Of a DNA stretch of 32,000 nucleotides, positions 17,493 to 25,982 are shown in pieces. The position numbers and the translations under genes were made by a program. The notes below the pieces were generated by a model. The model was not told where the DNA came from. It saw only the letters and a program-made list of their open reading frames with translations, and made no database searches. Position 1 is the first letter of the stretch, and the number at the start of each line of letters is the position of its first letter. The DNA is from Candidatus Heimdallarchaeota archaeon (GTDB lineage: Archaea; Asgardarchaeota; Heimdallarchaeia; Heimdallarchaeales; Kariarchaeaceae), in the NCBI GenBank assembly GCA_030149205.1, contig JASBSB010000001.1:390001-422000 (forward strand). Direction: 5' to 3'.

Positions 17493-18278
17493 ATGGTAAG
17501 TACTGAAGAAACACCTAAGCTTCATTGGACAATATCGGTATACCCCTTCTATCTATTCATTATATTAGTTTCAATAGGTTTGAGATGGGTGATTGGATCA
17601 GCAGGAGTCAGTGGTGAACATGTTGCTCCAAATGTTCAAGGGATAGGATTTGGAGTAAGTCTTCTATTTCTTGGATTGAGCTCGTTTATTATTGGGATAG
17701 CCCTGACTGTTATCAACACAATTAAACCTCCTAAACAGCTAATTTTTTTAAATGATTTTAAGGGAAATCTACAGAAATCCAGATTTAATCAGGAACTAAT
17801 ACGATTCGATGAAGAATCAACCAGCTTTGAGAAATATTTATTTTTAGGAGGGTTAATCCTATTTCCTTTCACATTTTTAACAATCTCTTGGTTTCAGATT
17901 GCACTCGCAATTGTAGCGATTCTTTATTCCTTATACCATTTCAAGGAACGAAGATTATTAAGAGAAAAATTAAAGGCTTTTTTACCACAATATACCACAC
18001 CAATCTCACTAAAATCACTTGCAAAACATTTCAAAACTAACAGGGAAAAGCTGTATAACGAAATAATGAGCTTAGTTATTGATGAAAATTTTCCTGTATT
18101 TTTTGATTTGGAGCGAAAAGAAGTTAGCTATTCAGGAGTTGCAAACAACTCCCAGACAGTGATAGTTTCAGAGACTCAGGTCAAAGAAGTAGTCTGTGAA
18201 TATTGTGGTGAAGTAAATAATATCCCCGGGGCTAAATTTTGCATCTCATGCGGAGTATCCCTTTATCCAGCAAAGTAG
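17493..18278 (+). CDS. Membrane protein with PCI-like winged-helix segment and C-terminal double zinc ribbon
   Basis: About 4 TM segments, ISLKSLAKHF...LVIDENFPVFFDLERKEVSY (18003..18131), and CEYCG...AKFCISCG. Confidence 0.7.
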   Translation: MVSTEETPKLHWTISVYPFYLFIILVSIGLRWVIGSAGVSGEHVAPNVQGIGFGVSLLFLGLSSFIIGIALTVINTIKPPKQLIFLNDFKGNLQKSRFNQELIRFDEESTSFEKYLFLGGLILFPFTFLTISWFQIALAIVAILYSLYHFKERRLLREKLKAFLPQYTTPISLKSLAKHFKTNREKLYNEIMSLVIDENFPVFFDLERKEVSYSGVANNSQTVIVSETQVKEVVCEYCGEVNNIPGAKFCISCGVSLYPAK

Positions 18279-18289
18279 TGGGGAATTGT

Positions 18290-19303
18290 ATGAGTAGTCA
18301 AAAATTTGATGATGTGATTGACCTTCTAACGAGGATATCCAGTACTGGATTCACCCAGTTACAAGCAAAAGCTTACATCGCACTCCTTAAACTTGGTGAA
18401 GCATCTGGGTCTTCAGTTGCAAGTGAGTCCGGAATTAACAGATCTAAGATTTATGATGTATTAAGTGATCTAGAGCATTTAAAAGCTGTTAAGAGAGTTT
18501 CACGTGATGGAAAAACTTACTACATCCCAACTCATCCCAAAGAAGTACTAGATGAGATTTTAAAAGATTTTAAGGCAAACATAGACAGGAGTGAAGAATC
18601 TCTCCTTAAACTTATGCAATCAGTCGAAGTAATTAACACTGAGATTGCTTACCTTACCCAAATTAACCTCAAAGACTTTAACATCAATGATTATAAAATC
18701 CTAATTTCTTCAAATACTCAATCACGTGGTGATTTTTTCAATCAGCTAAGTAGAGATTTACGCCCATCAAAGGATGTTTTATTGATTGATTTAGGTTTAT
18801 CTAAGGATAACAATTTGCTGATACTAATAAGTGAAGACAGGGGAATCATTTTTGATTCTCCTTTCGATTCTAAGATAAATAATGCACTTGTGTTAAATCA
18901 TGAGAATTTTTCTCAGCTCCTCAGTGCTCTGGTAGTAGGTGATTCAATACCGGACTTTCCAACAAAAGTTGTTGAAGAATTTGAAACAGGAAAACGTAAG
19001 ATTCTGTATGCTGGAAAAAGCTCATTTATGTATTTTAAAAACAGTGGAAATGTACTTCAAAGTGCATATGAAAGACCAATTCAATTTATAATATCAGATG
19101 AACATATTTCCTTTTTCTTTGAAGGATTAGAAGACCCCAAAATCCCAATTAAAAATATTAACCATGTCAAACGTTCAAATGATGGAGAACTTACTTTCAC
19201 GTTAAGAGGAATCTCAGATAAGTTTTTGGGGGAAGTCAGATTCCGACCTTTACATTCATCCCTTCAAATTTATAATTTTTTGACTTTTGCATCCAAAATG
19301 TAG
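18290..19303 (+). CDS. TrmB-family transcriptional regulator
   Basis: GFTQLQAKAYIALLKLGEASGSSVASESGINRSKIYDVLSDL is a TrmB wHTH. The likely start is ATG 18290 (after GTGGGG), not 18239, which overlaps the upstream CDS. Confidence 0.88.
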   Translation: MSSQKFDDVIDLLTRISSTGFTQLQAKAYIALLKLGEASGSSVASESGINRSKIYDVLSDLEHLKAVKRVSRDGKTYYIPTHPKEVLDEILKDFKANIDRSEESLLKLMQSVEVINTEIAYLTQINLKDFNINDYKILISSNTQSRGDFFNQLSRDLRPSKDVLLIDLGLSKDNNLLILISEDRGIIFDSPFDSKINNALVLNHENFSQLLSALVVGDSIPDFPTKVVEEFETGKRKILYAGKSSFMYFKNSGNVLQSAYERPIQFIISDEHISFFFEGLEDPKIPIKNINHVKRSNDGELTFTLRGISDKFLGEVRFRPLHSSLQIYNFLTFASKM

Positions 19304-19304
19304 T

Positions 19305-19592
19305 CTATCCACCGTGGAGTATAGGAACAATTTTTACAAAGATTTCAGTATTTTCATCTACTAGCTCTGACATTAGTCCGAGACTTTTTAATTCTCGATC
19401 ATTGGATATATAAAGGATACCTGGAACCAGAGAGTTTTCTCTGATGCAGGTTTTCAATAGGCTAGGATATTTGGTTAATCCTAATTTAAGATATTCCAAT
19501 AATGGTTTACTATTAACAATTTCCACAGAAATCTCTTCTGGATCATTGATACCCCGAATAGATTTATGTATTTGTAAAATTAGTTTGCCCAC
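19305..19592 (-). CDS. Ubiquitin-like sulfur carrier, Urm1/SAMP (MoaD/ThiS beta-grasp) type
   Basis: 95 aa, ending VPILHGG, with an internal PGILYISNDxE resembling Urm1 PGIxxLINDxDW. Confidence 0.88.
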   Translation of the reverse strand: MGKLILQIHKSIRGINDPEEISVEIVNSKPLLEYLKLGLTKYPSLLKTCIRENSLVPGILYISNDRELKSLGLMSELVDENTEIFVKIVPILHGG

Positions 19593-19624
19593 AATATTCC
19601 TTTGATTACCATAATCAAAAATAT

Positions 19625-20125
19625 TTATGTTGAGAACTGAGGTATAAGGAGTTTAACTTGTTCAAGTTGAATTTGGGGATAATCTTCTGTAAGACTCTCT
19701 TGGGTTATCCATCTCACTCCTCGACCAGGTATTTTTTGTTTTATTAGATAAGACATTTCGCTTAATCTTGTAAGATACTGTGTCAGATGTGACTTTTCAA
19801 TATATAAATCGTAATTATCTTTTGCAAAGGTTTCGATCCAATCCCTATGGATATCAGTAGTATCTAAAATTGTATTTGGGGCATATTGGTTTGCTAAGAA
19901 CAGACCAACTCTTTCCCTCTTAGAAGAATTCCAAATTTCTTCCATAGTCCTCTTTTTCAGATGATTAATTTTCGCTTTGTCTTCCTTTACTGGCTCTTTT
20001 AATTTTTCAGTTTGTGTCAGAGACCCAACTAAAGCTGAAAGTTGCTCAGGTGAAAGAGATTTTAACATGGCTTTATCTATCTCTACTATTGTACCATCAG
20101 GTTTGGTTACCTTCATACCCGCCAT
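19625..20125 (-). CDS. Hypothetical protein, possible C-terminal winged helix
   Basis: TTDIHRDW...IEKSHLTQYLTRLSEMSYLIKQK...GVRW resembles a wHTH recognition helix plus wing. Confidence 0.6.
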   Translation of the reverse strand: MAGMKVTKPDGTIVEIDKAMLKSLSPEQLSALVGSLTQTEKLKEPVKEDKAKINHLKKRTMEEIWNSSKRERVGLFLANQYAPNTILDTTDIHRDWIETFAKDNYDLYIEKSHLTQYLTRLSEMSYLIKQKIPGRGVRWITQESLTEDYPQIQLEQVKLLIPQFST

Positions 20126-20185
20126 GTGTAATATTCATTAAGTAAATTGATTAATAAACTTACATATTACATGGTGAATTACATA

Positions 20186-21742
20186 TCACATTGGAATGTT
20201 TGAGTGCTTTCTTGGCGGTAAATGTTCTCGCTTTGTTAAGGTTAGTTCAAGAGCTTTAATTAAAGTGTCTCTGGTTTGGGAAGGATCAATAACCCCGTCA
20301 ATCAAGCCTAATTTTGCCGCGATGTAGGGATTTGCAAATTGTTCCTCATATTTTTTAATTAACTCTTCACGTTTTTTATCTGGCTTTGAAGCATCTTTTA
20401 TCTCCTTCTTAAAAATGATATTTGCTGCTCCTGATGCCCCCATAACTGCTATTTCAGCTGTAGGCCAAGCAAAGACCTGATCAGCCCCAGAGTGTCTGCT
20501 TCCTAAAACATCATAAGCTCCTCCATAATCTTTTCTCACAATTACTGTAAGTTTGGGTACTGTTGCCTCACAATAGGCAAACAGGAGTTTGGCTCCATGC
20601 CGGATTATCCCTCTAAACTCTTGATCTGAACCTGGAAGGAATCCTGGAACATCAACTAAAGTTATAACAGGGATATTAAACGAATCACAGAATCTTATGA
20701 ATCTACCCGCTTTATCAGATGCATCGATATCAAGAGTACCAGCCATTACTTGAGGTTGGTTAGCTATTATTCCAACTGAATATCCATCTAAACGGGCAAA
20801 TCCAATAATGATGTTTTTTGCAAATTCTCTGTGAACCTCAAAGAATGAATTTTCGTCTACAATCCCTTTTATTATATCATGCATATCGTAAGTTTTGTTG
20901 GATTCCTCTGGTAGGAGATTTACTAAATAATCATCTGAAATTTTTGGAGGAATTGAAAATACACGTTTGACTGTTGAGAGATTATTAGATGGGATATAGC
21001 TTAACAACTTTTTAAGTATAAGAAAAGCTTCTTCTTCGTCTTTCGCTCTAAAATGCGCTACCCCACTAGTTTCAGTGTGAGTATGGGATCCTCCAAGCTT
21101 TTCAAAACTAATTGATTCACCAGTAACAGATTTCACAACGTCTGGACCTGTGATAAACATATAACTCGTTTTGTCAACCATTATAACAAAGTCAGTAAGG
21201 GCTGGTGAGTACACTGCTCCACCTGCACACGGACCCATAATTACCGAAATTTGGGGTACTACACCAGATGCAATAACATTAGCCCTGAAGATTTTTCCAT
21301 ATCCCGCAAGTGATGCAACACCTTCTTGAATCCTAGCTCCACCAGAGTCGTTTAATCCAATGATAGGGACACCGTTCTGTAATCCTAATTTCATTACCTT
21401 TAAAATTTTCTCAGCATGCATTTCTCCCAGTGCTCCTCCAAAAACTGTGAAATCTTGGGCAAATATTACAATGTTATTATTAGCAATCTTACCGTATCCA
21501 GTTAATACCCCATCTCCAAGAATTTTCTTTTTTGATAAGCCAAAACTCTCAGTTCTATGAACCACAAATTTATCATTCTCAACAAATGAATCTTTATCCA
21601 GTAATCCCAACACTCTCTCTCTAGCCGTCATTTTTCCCTTATTATGTTGATTATTGACTTTTATCTCTCCTCCAGCAATCTCTGCTTTATCATTGTATTC
21701 TTGAAACTTATGAAATTTGTCTATCTTTGTCATTAAAACCAT
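20186..21742 (-). CDS. pccB: Acyl-CoA carboxylase carboxyltransferase subunit (PccB/MmdA-like)
   Basis: KMTARERV, FAQDFTVFGGALGE, DSGGARIQEG, GPCAGGAVYSPA, LVDVPGFLPG, AWPTAEIAVMG and KHSNIPM. Confidence 0.93.
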   Translation of the reverse strand: MVLMTKIDKFHKFQEYNDKAEIAGGEIKVNNQHNKGKMTARERVLGLLDKDSFVENDKFVVHRTESFGLSKKKILGDGVLTGYGKIANNNIVIFAQDFTVFGGALGEMHAEKILKVMKLGLQNGVPIIGLNDSGGARIQEGVASLAGYGKIFRANVIASGVVPQISVIMGPCAGGAVYSPALTDFVIMVDKTSYMFITGPDVVKSVTGESISFEKLGGSHTHTETSGVAHFRAKDEEEAFLILKKLLSYIPSNNLSTVKRVFSIPPKISDDYLVNLLPEESNKTYDMHDIIKGIVDENSFFEVHREFAKNIIIGFARLDGYSVGIIANQPQVMAGTLDIDASDKAGRFIRFCDSFNIPVITLVDVPGFLPGSDQEFRGIIRHGAKLLFAYCEATVPKLTVIVRKDYGGAYDVLGSRHSGADQVFAWPTAEIAVMGASGAANIIFKKEIKDASKPDKKREELIKKYEEQFANPYIAAKLGLIDGVIDPSQTRDTLIKALELTLTKREHLPPRKHSNIPM

Positions 21743-21828
21743 AAATAGGATAAATTATTTAATATAATCAATTGATACTAATTTTATTTTATAGATTTAA
21801 TTTGTAACTTCTGCTTTGGTCAATTAAT

Positions 21829-22995
21829 TTAGAATTTTCTCTTCTTGATTACTAAGACTAACATACCTACTCCAAACGCTGCCAAAATTGACAGAATTGA
21901 AAGTGGTGATCTTGCTACCGTAGTGGTATAGTCAATGTAAGTTCCAGCTAAAGTGAACTCTAGACCTTGTAAGCTTGCTCCTACACCTGAGAAGTAAGCC
22001 ACATTTGAGGATTGACCTGCATCTGAATTAACTAAAGATGAGGTTTGGAATCCTTGAGGATCTAGGGTTAATATTCCAAAGTAATTTGAACCAGTTCCTT
22101 TGCTAAATTTGAAATGGGATGTAAATGAAGTTCCAGTCATTGCATGTACTCCTAGATCATCGACATACATATTGAAACCGGGAGCTGAAGTTGTTCCATT
22201 CAAAAATGTAGCATTAAAGGCTAAAGTTCCAGAAGTGTTAAAGGCACCTCCAACTTCGATTCCTTTTGCATTTTGAATATCACTTGGATTTACAGTGTCA
22301 CCAGCTCCAATAGAAGTCTTACCGTATCCAAAAGTTAAGTTTTGATAAGGAGCATTAAAATTAGTTGCAGCAAAATCCAACGGATACTTTGCAGATGAAT
22401 TATATGTGTCAACTGCTTTCAAATTTGTTGGAATCCCAATTAAGTTTGGAGCAAATTCAAAACCAGTAATTGATGTCCTCACACGCACATAGATGGTATC
22501 ATATGCCAGAGTGTAGGATCCAGTTCCATTAAAGGCCACATAAAGGACGCTAATAAAGCTATCCCCTTGACTTAAAGGTACTGTAACACCACTTGAGCCA
22601 TATTCTGAACCAGAATTGACATACTTGATCAGGTTATTTGTAATAACAAAAATTTGACCAGCTGTGTCCTTTCCTTTTACCTTTACGACACCAGAGTAAT
22701 CGAATTTAACTACACCAATGGTGACATCTTGAGTGGCAATAATGTCATAAGTTGTCAATCCATTTACTTTTATTGGGGCTGGGTGATAAGCTCCTTCCGT
22801 AACGGAAGAATTTCCAAAAAAGTAAATCGAAACACCAAAACTTCTTGTGGTGTTCACAAACGAATTGGGACGTAAATCAACAGGGCTTGTCTTTGCCTGT
22901 TCAGCCACTGTCAAATTAACAGTTGCTGACAAAGAAATTGAGACTATTAACGTCACAATCATTAACCAGGTTATACTTTTCTTGCGGATGTTCAT
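21829..22995 (-). CDS. Secreted/cell-surface beta-rich protein with N-terminal signal peptide and C-terminal membrane anchor
   Basis: MNIRKK plus a hydrophobic leader, a Ser/Thr/Gly/Asn-rich body with several N-x-S/T sequons, and a terminal TTTVARSP, TM helix and KKRKF. Confidence 0.8.
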   Translation of the reverse strand: MNIRKKSITWLMIVTLIVSISLSATVNLTVAEQAKTSPVDLRPNSFVNTTRSFGVSIYFFGNSSVTEGAYHPAPIKVNGLTTYDIIATQDVTIGVVKFDYSGVVKVKGKDTAGQIFVITNNLIKYVNSGSEYGSSGVTVPLSQGDSFISVLYVAFNGTGSYTLAYDTIYVRVRTSITGFEFAPNLIGIPTNLKAVDTYNSSAKYPLDFAATNFNAPYQNLTFGYGKTSIGAGDTVNPSDIQNAKGIEVGGAFNTSGTLAFNATFLNGTTSAPGFNMYVDDLGVHAMTGTSFTSHFKFSKGTGSNYFGILTLDPQGFQTSSLVNSDAGQSSNVAYFSGVGASLQGLEFTLAGTYIDYTTTVARSPLSILSILAAFGVGMLVLVIKKRKF

Positions 22996-23123
22996 GTTAT
23001 CCTAATTCGATTGCTCATCTAGAAGTATTTATACCTATGGCAATTTAATGAATAATTGTGAACTTTATTTTAGGAAATTCCGTAAGTTGGTGCTAGTTTA
23101 GTATAAAAAATTACGATATTTAC

Positions 23124-23642
23124 TCAAAGTCGTGGGAAAATTTTTACCTCGTTATTAACGAATGAAAAAGTATGAAGGTTTGAGAAATCATACTTTCCCT
23201 CATAAGTTGATCGGTGAGATTCGTAACGATCATTGGTTATAATGAAAAGTTTCTCTGGAATAGCGTGTTCAATTACTGAGTTGTCATCATCTCTTGATGA
23301 GTCAGCAAGAATTACCCATCCAATATTGATAAGTCTTTGCAATTCATCTTTGTCATCTATATTGTGGATCAGTGCTTCACTGATAATAATCACTGGAAAA
23401 TATTCATTCTTTTTTAGATAGATACGTATTTTCTTTATCAGATGTACTTTTGGTGACCCAAAATAATATGCTACATTGTTACCATCCACCACAATTTTTC
23501 TCATTTTGGGTTTATGAATTTGGTTGATCTTAATTTGATTGAGTTTTCCTGCTTCCATTAACTCAGGATGATATTTGGACAAATGATAGTTCATTTCATG
23601 GTTGTCAACAGATCGACCACAGAAATCACATTTGTATTTCAT
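23124..23642 (-). CDS. C2H2 zinc finger plus Zc3h12a/Regnase-like NYN (PIN) ribonuclease
   Basis: YKCDFCG...HLSKYHP finger; IVVDGNNVA, RDDDNSVIEHA and IITNDRY carry the acidic catalytic residues. Confidence 0.82.
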   Translation of the reverse strand: MKYKCDFCGRSVDNHEMNYHLSKYHPELMEAGKLNQIKINQIHKPKMRKIVVDGNNVAYYFGSPKVHLIKKIRIYLKKNEYFPVIIISEALIHNIDDKDELQRLINIGWVILADSSRDDDNSVIEHAIPEKLFIITNDRYESHRSTYEGKYDFSNLHTFSFVNNEVKIFPRL

Positions 23643-23720
23643 TGAAATATTTCTCTAAAAATACTTAATGTAATTTGTGTTTTCTTCCCTTTGAATTGAT
23701 AAATACCTTCTTAATGATGA

Positions 23721-24740
23721 TCAAGTTCCTGATCCTTTGAAAGCACTTTTTAATTTGTCTTGAAGAGCTTTTTTCATATCTTCCGCAGACATTTCCTCTA
23801 GGTTTATCTCTTCCTTTGCCTCTTGTTTGTTGGCTTCTTTACCTTTGGTTTTAACACTCTTTAGCCCTTTTAAAGCACTCTGTATAGAATCTTGGGTTAT
23901 TCCACCACCACCAGAAGAAATTGGGGATGGTTTTTTAATCTCATCCTCAGGAACGCTTTGAAGACCTTTTAATGCACTTTGAATCGAATCTTGAGTGATC
24001 CCACCAGAATTTACTGAAGCAGAGGGAGCACCTTCAGTCGATTTGTTCATTTCATCCTGTGGAACTGATTTTAATGCACCCAATGCAGACTGAAGTTCAT
24101 TGTTATTTGGACTACCACTTAGATTTGGCATTGCAGGACTGGCGTTTGGTGCCACTCCTCCTAGGTTTGGAGCACCAGGGCTGGAAGAAGGAGTTCCTCC
24201 GCCAAGGTTAGGGGTATTTGAACCAGATATAGGTGCCCCTCCACTGAGGTTAGGGGGTGATACTGGGTTGGAAGGAGGTGAGCTCGCTAGATTAGGTGCA
24301 ATTGGACTATTTACCGGTGCGCCGCTACTAGCACCAGGAGATACGGGGTTAGATACTGCTGCACTACTACCGAGGTTGGTGCTCGTGGGAATTGAAGGTT
24401 GGCTTACCTGCATTTGGGGAGTTGCAACTGTTTGTTGTATGTGTTTTGTATTCACAGTATTTGATGAGGGAGTTGGAATAAACTCGTCCTTAAAGATATT
24501 CAGGGAACTTAAATTTAAAGATGTTTGAGGTAACCCCGCTAATTCTTCAACAAGATCATCAAACTCCTCTTCTACAAAGGTGAGTTTACTGTTTATACGT
24601 TTCAATTTAGGGGTTGTGTCTGCAATAAAATCTGCTATCTTACCTCCCAATGTATTAATCTTTAGTGCAACTTTCTTCAGTTGCTTTGTATCCTGAGAAG
24701 TTTCTAATATCGTGTCAATGTAATTCTCTAGGTCACTCAT
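23721..24740 (-). CDS. Helical N-terminus, Pro/Gly/Ser-rich linker and three tandem (L/I)QSALxxL(K/Q)SV repeats; candidate WH2-like actin regulator
   Basis: 339-aa ORF with a low-complexity centre and internal repeats that are directly visible. The function is inferred. Confidence 0.75.
   Translation of the reverse strand: MSDLENYIDTILETSQDTKQLKKVALKINTLGGKIADFIADTTPKLKRINSKLTFVEEEFDDLVEELAGLPQTSLNLSSLNIFKDEFIPTPSSNTVNTKHIQQTVATPQMQVSQPSIPTSTNLGSSAAVSNPVSPGASSGAPVNSPIAPNLASSPPSNPVSPPNLSGGAPISGSNTPNLGGGTPSSSPGAPNLGGVAPNASPAMPNLSGSPNNNELQSALGALKSVPQDEMNKSTEGAPSASVNSGGITQDSIQSALKGLQSVPEDEIKKPSPISSGGGGITQDSIQSALKGLKSVKTKGKEANKQEAKEEINLEEMSAEDMKKALQDKLKSAFKGSGT
23853..24107 (-). repeat. Three intragenic peptide repeats: NNNELQSALGALKSV, ITQDSIQSALKGLQSV, ITQDSIQSALKGLKSV
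   Basis: Repeats lie at 24063..24107, 23952..23999 and 23853..23900, spaced 37 and 33 aa. Repeats 2 and 3 are 15/16 identical in protein but differ at many synonymous positions. Confidence 0.92.
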
Positions 24741-24884
24741 TCTATAGCAAATTTATTTGGACTTCGTTCTATAAAAAAGTACATACATTGATACCTTCAA
24801 AGATGAAAAACATTTTTAATTTTCACTTAGAACTAAAATCTTCTACAAATGCATTTAATAAGAGTATTCTGTAGTGTGATTAAC

Positions 24885-25982
24885 ATGATTGATATTCCAA
24901 AAACTGAAATTAAAAGAAGATGGACAGCAGTCCAAAAGGCAATGGATGACTTTGACGCACTCATCCTACCATTGGGTGTGAACTTTCAATACTTTTTTGG
25001 AAAACCCGGTATGCCTTCTGAAAGAATTATACTTGGGATAATCCCCAAATCAAAAGACCCCTTCATATTGGCGCCAAGCTTTGAAATATCAAACTTTGAA
25101 GCTGCAACGCAAATTGATGATATTGTAGGATGGGAAGAAACGGAATCTCCATACAAAATTTTTGAGCAGGAGCTCAATGATAGGGAGATAGGGACAAACA
25201 TAGGAGTTGATCCGAAACTCTGGATTGTTGAATATGAAAGATTGTCAAATACAAGCAAAAGACACAATTTCACAAGTGCTGGGAACCTCATAGACAGTAT
25301 TCGAGAGGTTAAATCTAGTTGGGAGATTGAACAATTGTCATTAGCTTCCCAATATTCATCAGAAGGTATCTTAACCGCATTTGATAGATTCTATGATGGA
25401 ATGATGGAAATAGAGGCAGTTCCCATACTTGCTGAGGAGCTTGGTAATTTATCAGGCAATCCTCTTAGCTTTGCCTTAGTACAATTCGGTGAAAACTCCG
25501 CCCTACCACATGGGTCGCCATCTCGAAAAAAATTGGGGTCAAATGATGTTGTTTTGTTAGATGTGGGTACCTCAGTAAATGGTTATCAAGGCGATATCAC
25601 GATTACTCTCCACATGGGAAAGCCCAATCAAAAATTTTTGGAAGTATATGAAACTGTGTTTGAGGCAAATAGAGCCGCATTTTCAAAAGAACTAGAGGGT
25701 ATAAGCGGAGGTTCTCTTGATGAAGTTGCAAGAAAGCATATTGTCGACGCAGGATATGGCAAATACTTTACACATAGACTCGGGCATGGGATAGGGCTTG
25801 AAGTTCATGAAAAACCTTATCTTGTGGGAACGAACAGCAGTCCGATGAAGATAAATCAAACACACACAATCGAACCAGGGATCTATTTACCTGGAGAATT
25901 TGGGGTGAGGATTGAAGATGATGTTGTCCTCCAAGAAAAAGGTGCAAGAAGACTTTACAATACATCAAGACACAATTGGTAG
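24885..25982 (+). CDS. Xaa-Pro peptidase (M24B, PepQ/prolidase-like)
   Basis: NSALPHG, LLDVG, YQGDITIT, FTHRLGHGIGLEVHE and TIEPGIY...GVRIEDDV. The likely start is ATG 24885. Confidence 0.93.
   Translation: MIDIPKTEIKRRWTAVQKAMDDFDALILPLGVNFQYFFGKPGMPSERIILGIIPKSKDPFILAPSFEISNFEAATQIDDIVGWEETESPYKIFEQELNDREIGTNIGVDPKLWIVEYERLSNTSKRHNFTSAGNLIDSIREVKSSWEIEQLSLASQYSSEGILTAFDRFYDGMMEIEAVPILAEELGNLSGNPLSFALVQFGENSALPHGSPSRKKLGSNDVVLLDVGTSVNGYQGDITITLHMGKPNQKFLEVYETVFEANRAAFSKELEGISGGSLDEVARKHIVDAGYGKYFTHRLGHGIGLEVHEKPYLVGTNSSPMKINQTHTIEPGIYLPGEFGVRIEDDVVLQEKGARRLYNTSRHNW

Noticed and set aside
18239-18289. ORF-track start for the TrmB gene
   Set aside because: It overlaps the upstream CDS by 40 nt. 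ATG 18290 has a purine-rich SD and gives a typical TrmB N-terminus.
23721-23850. Full WASP-type VCA module at the C-terminus of the WH2-like protein
   Set aside because: There is no acidic tail with a terminal Trp, so Arp2/3-type activation is not supported.
24100-24528. 142-aa Gly/Pro-rich plus-strand ORF
   Set aside because: It is the antisense shadow of the low-complexity linker of the minus-strand gene.
24849-24884. ORF-track start for the Xaa-Pro peptidase
   Set aside because: ATG 24885, preceded by GTGTGA, gives a more typical N-terminus.
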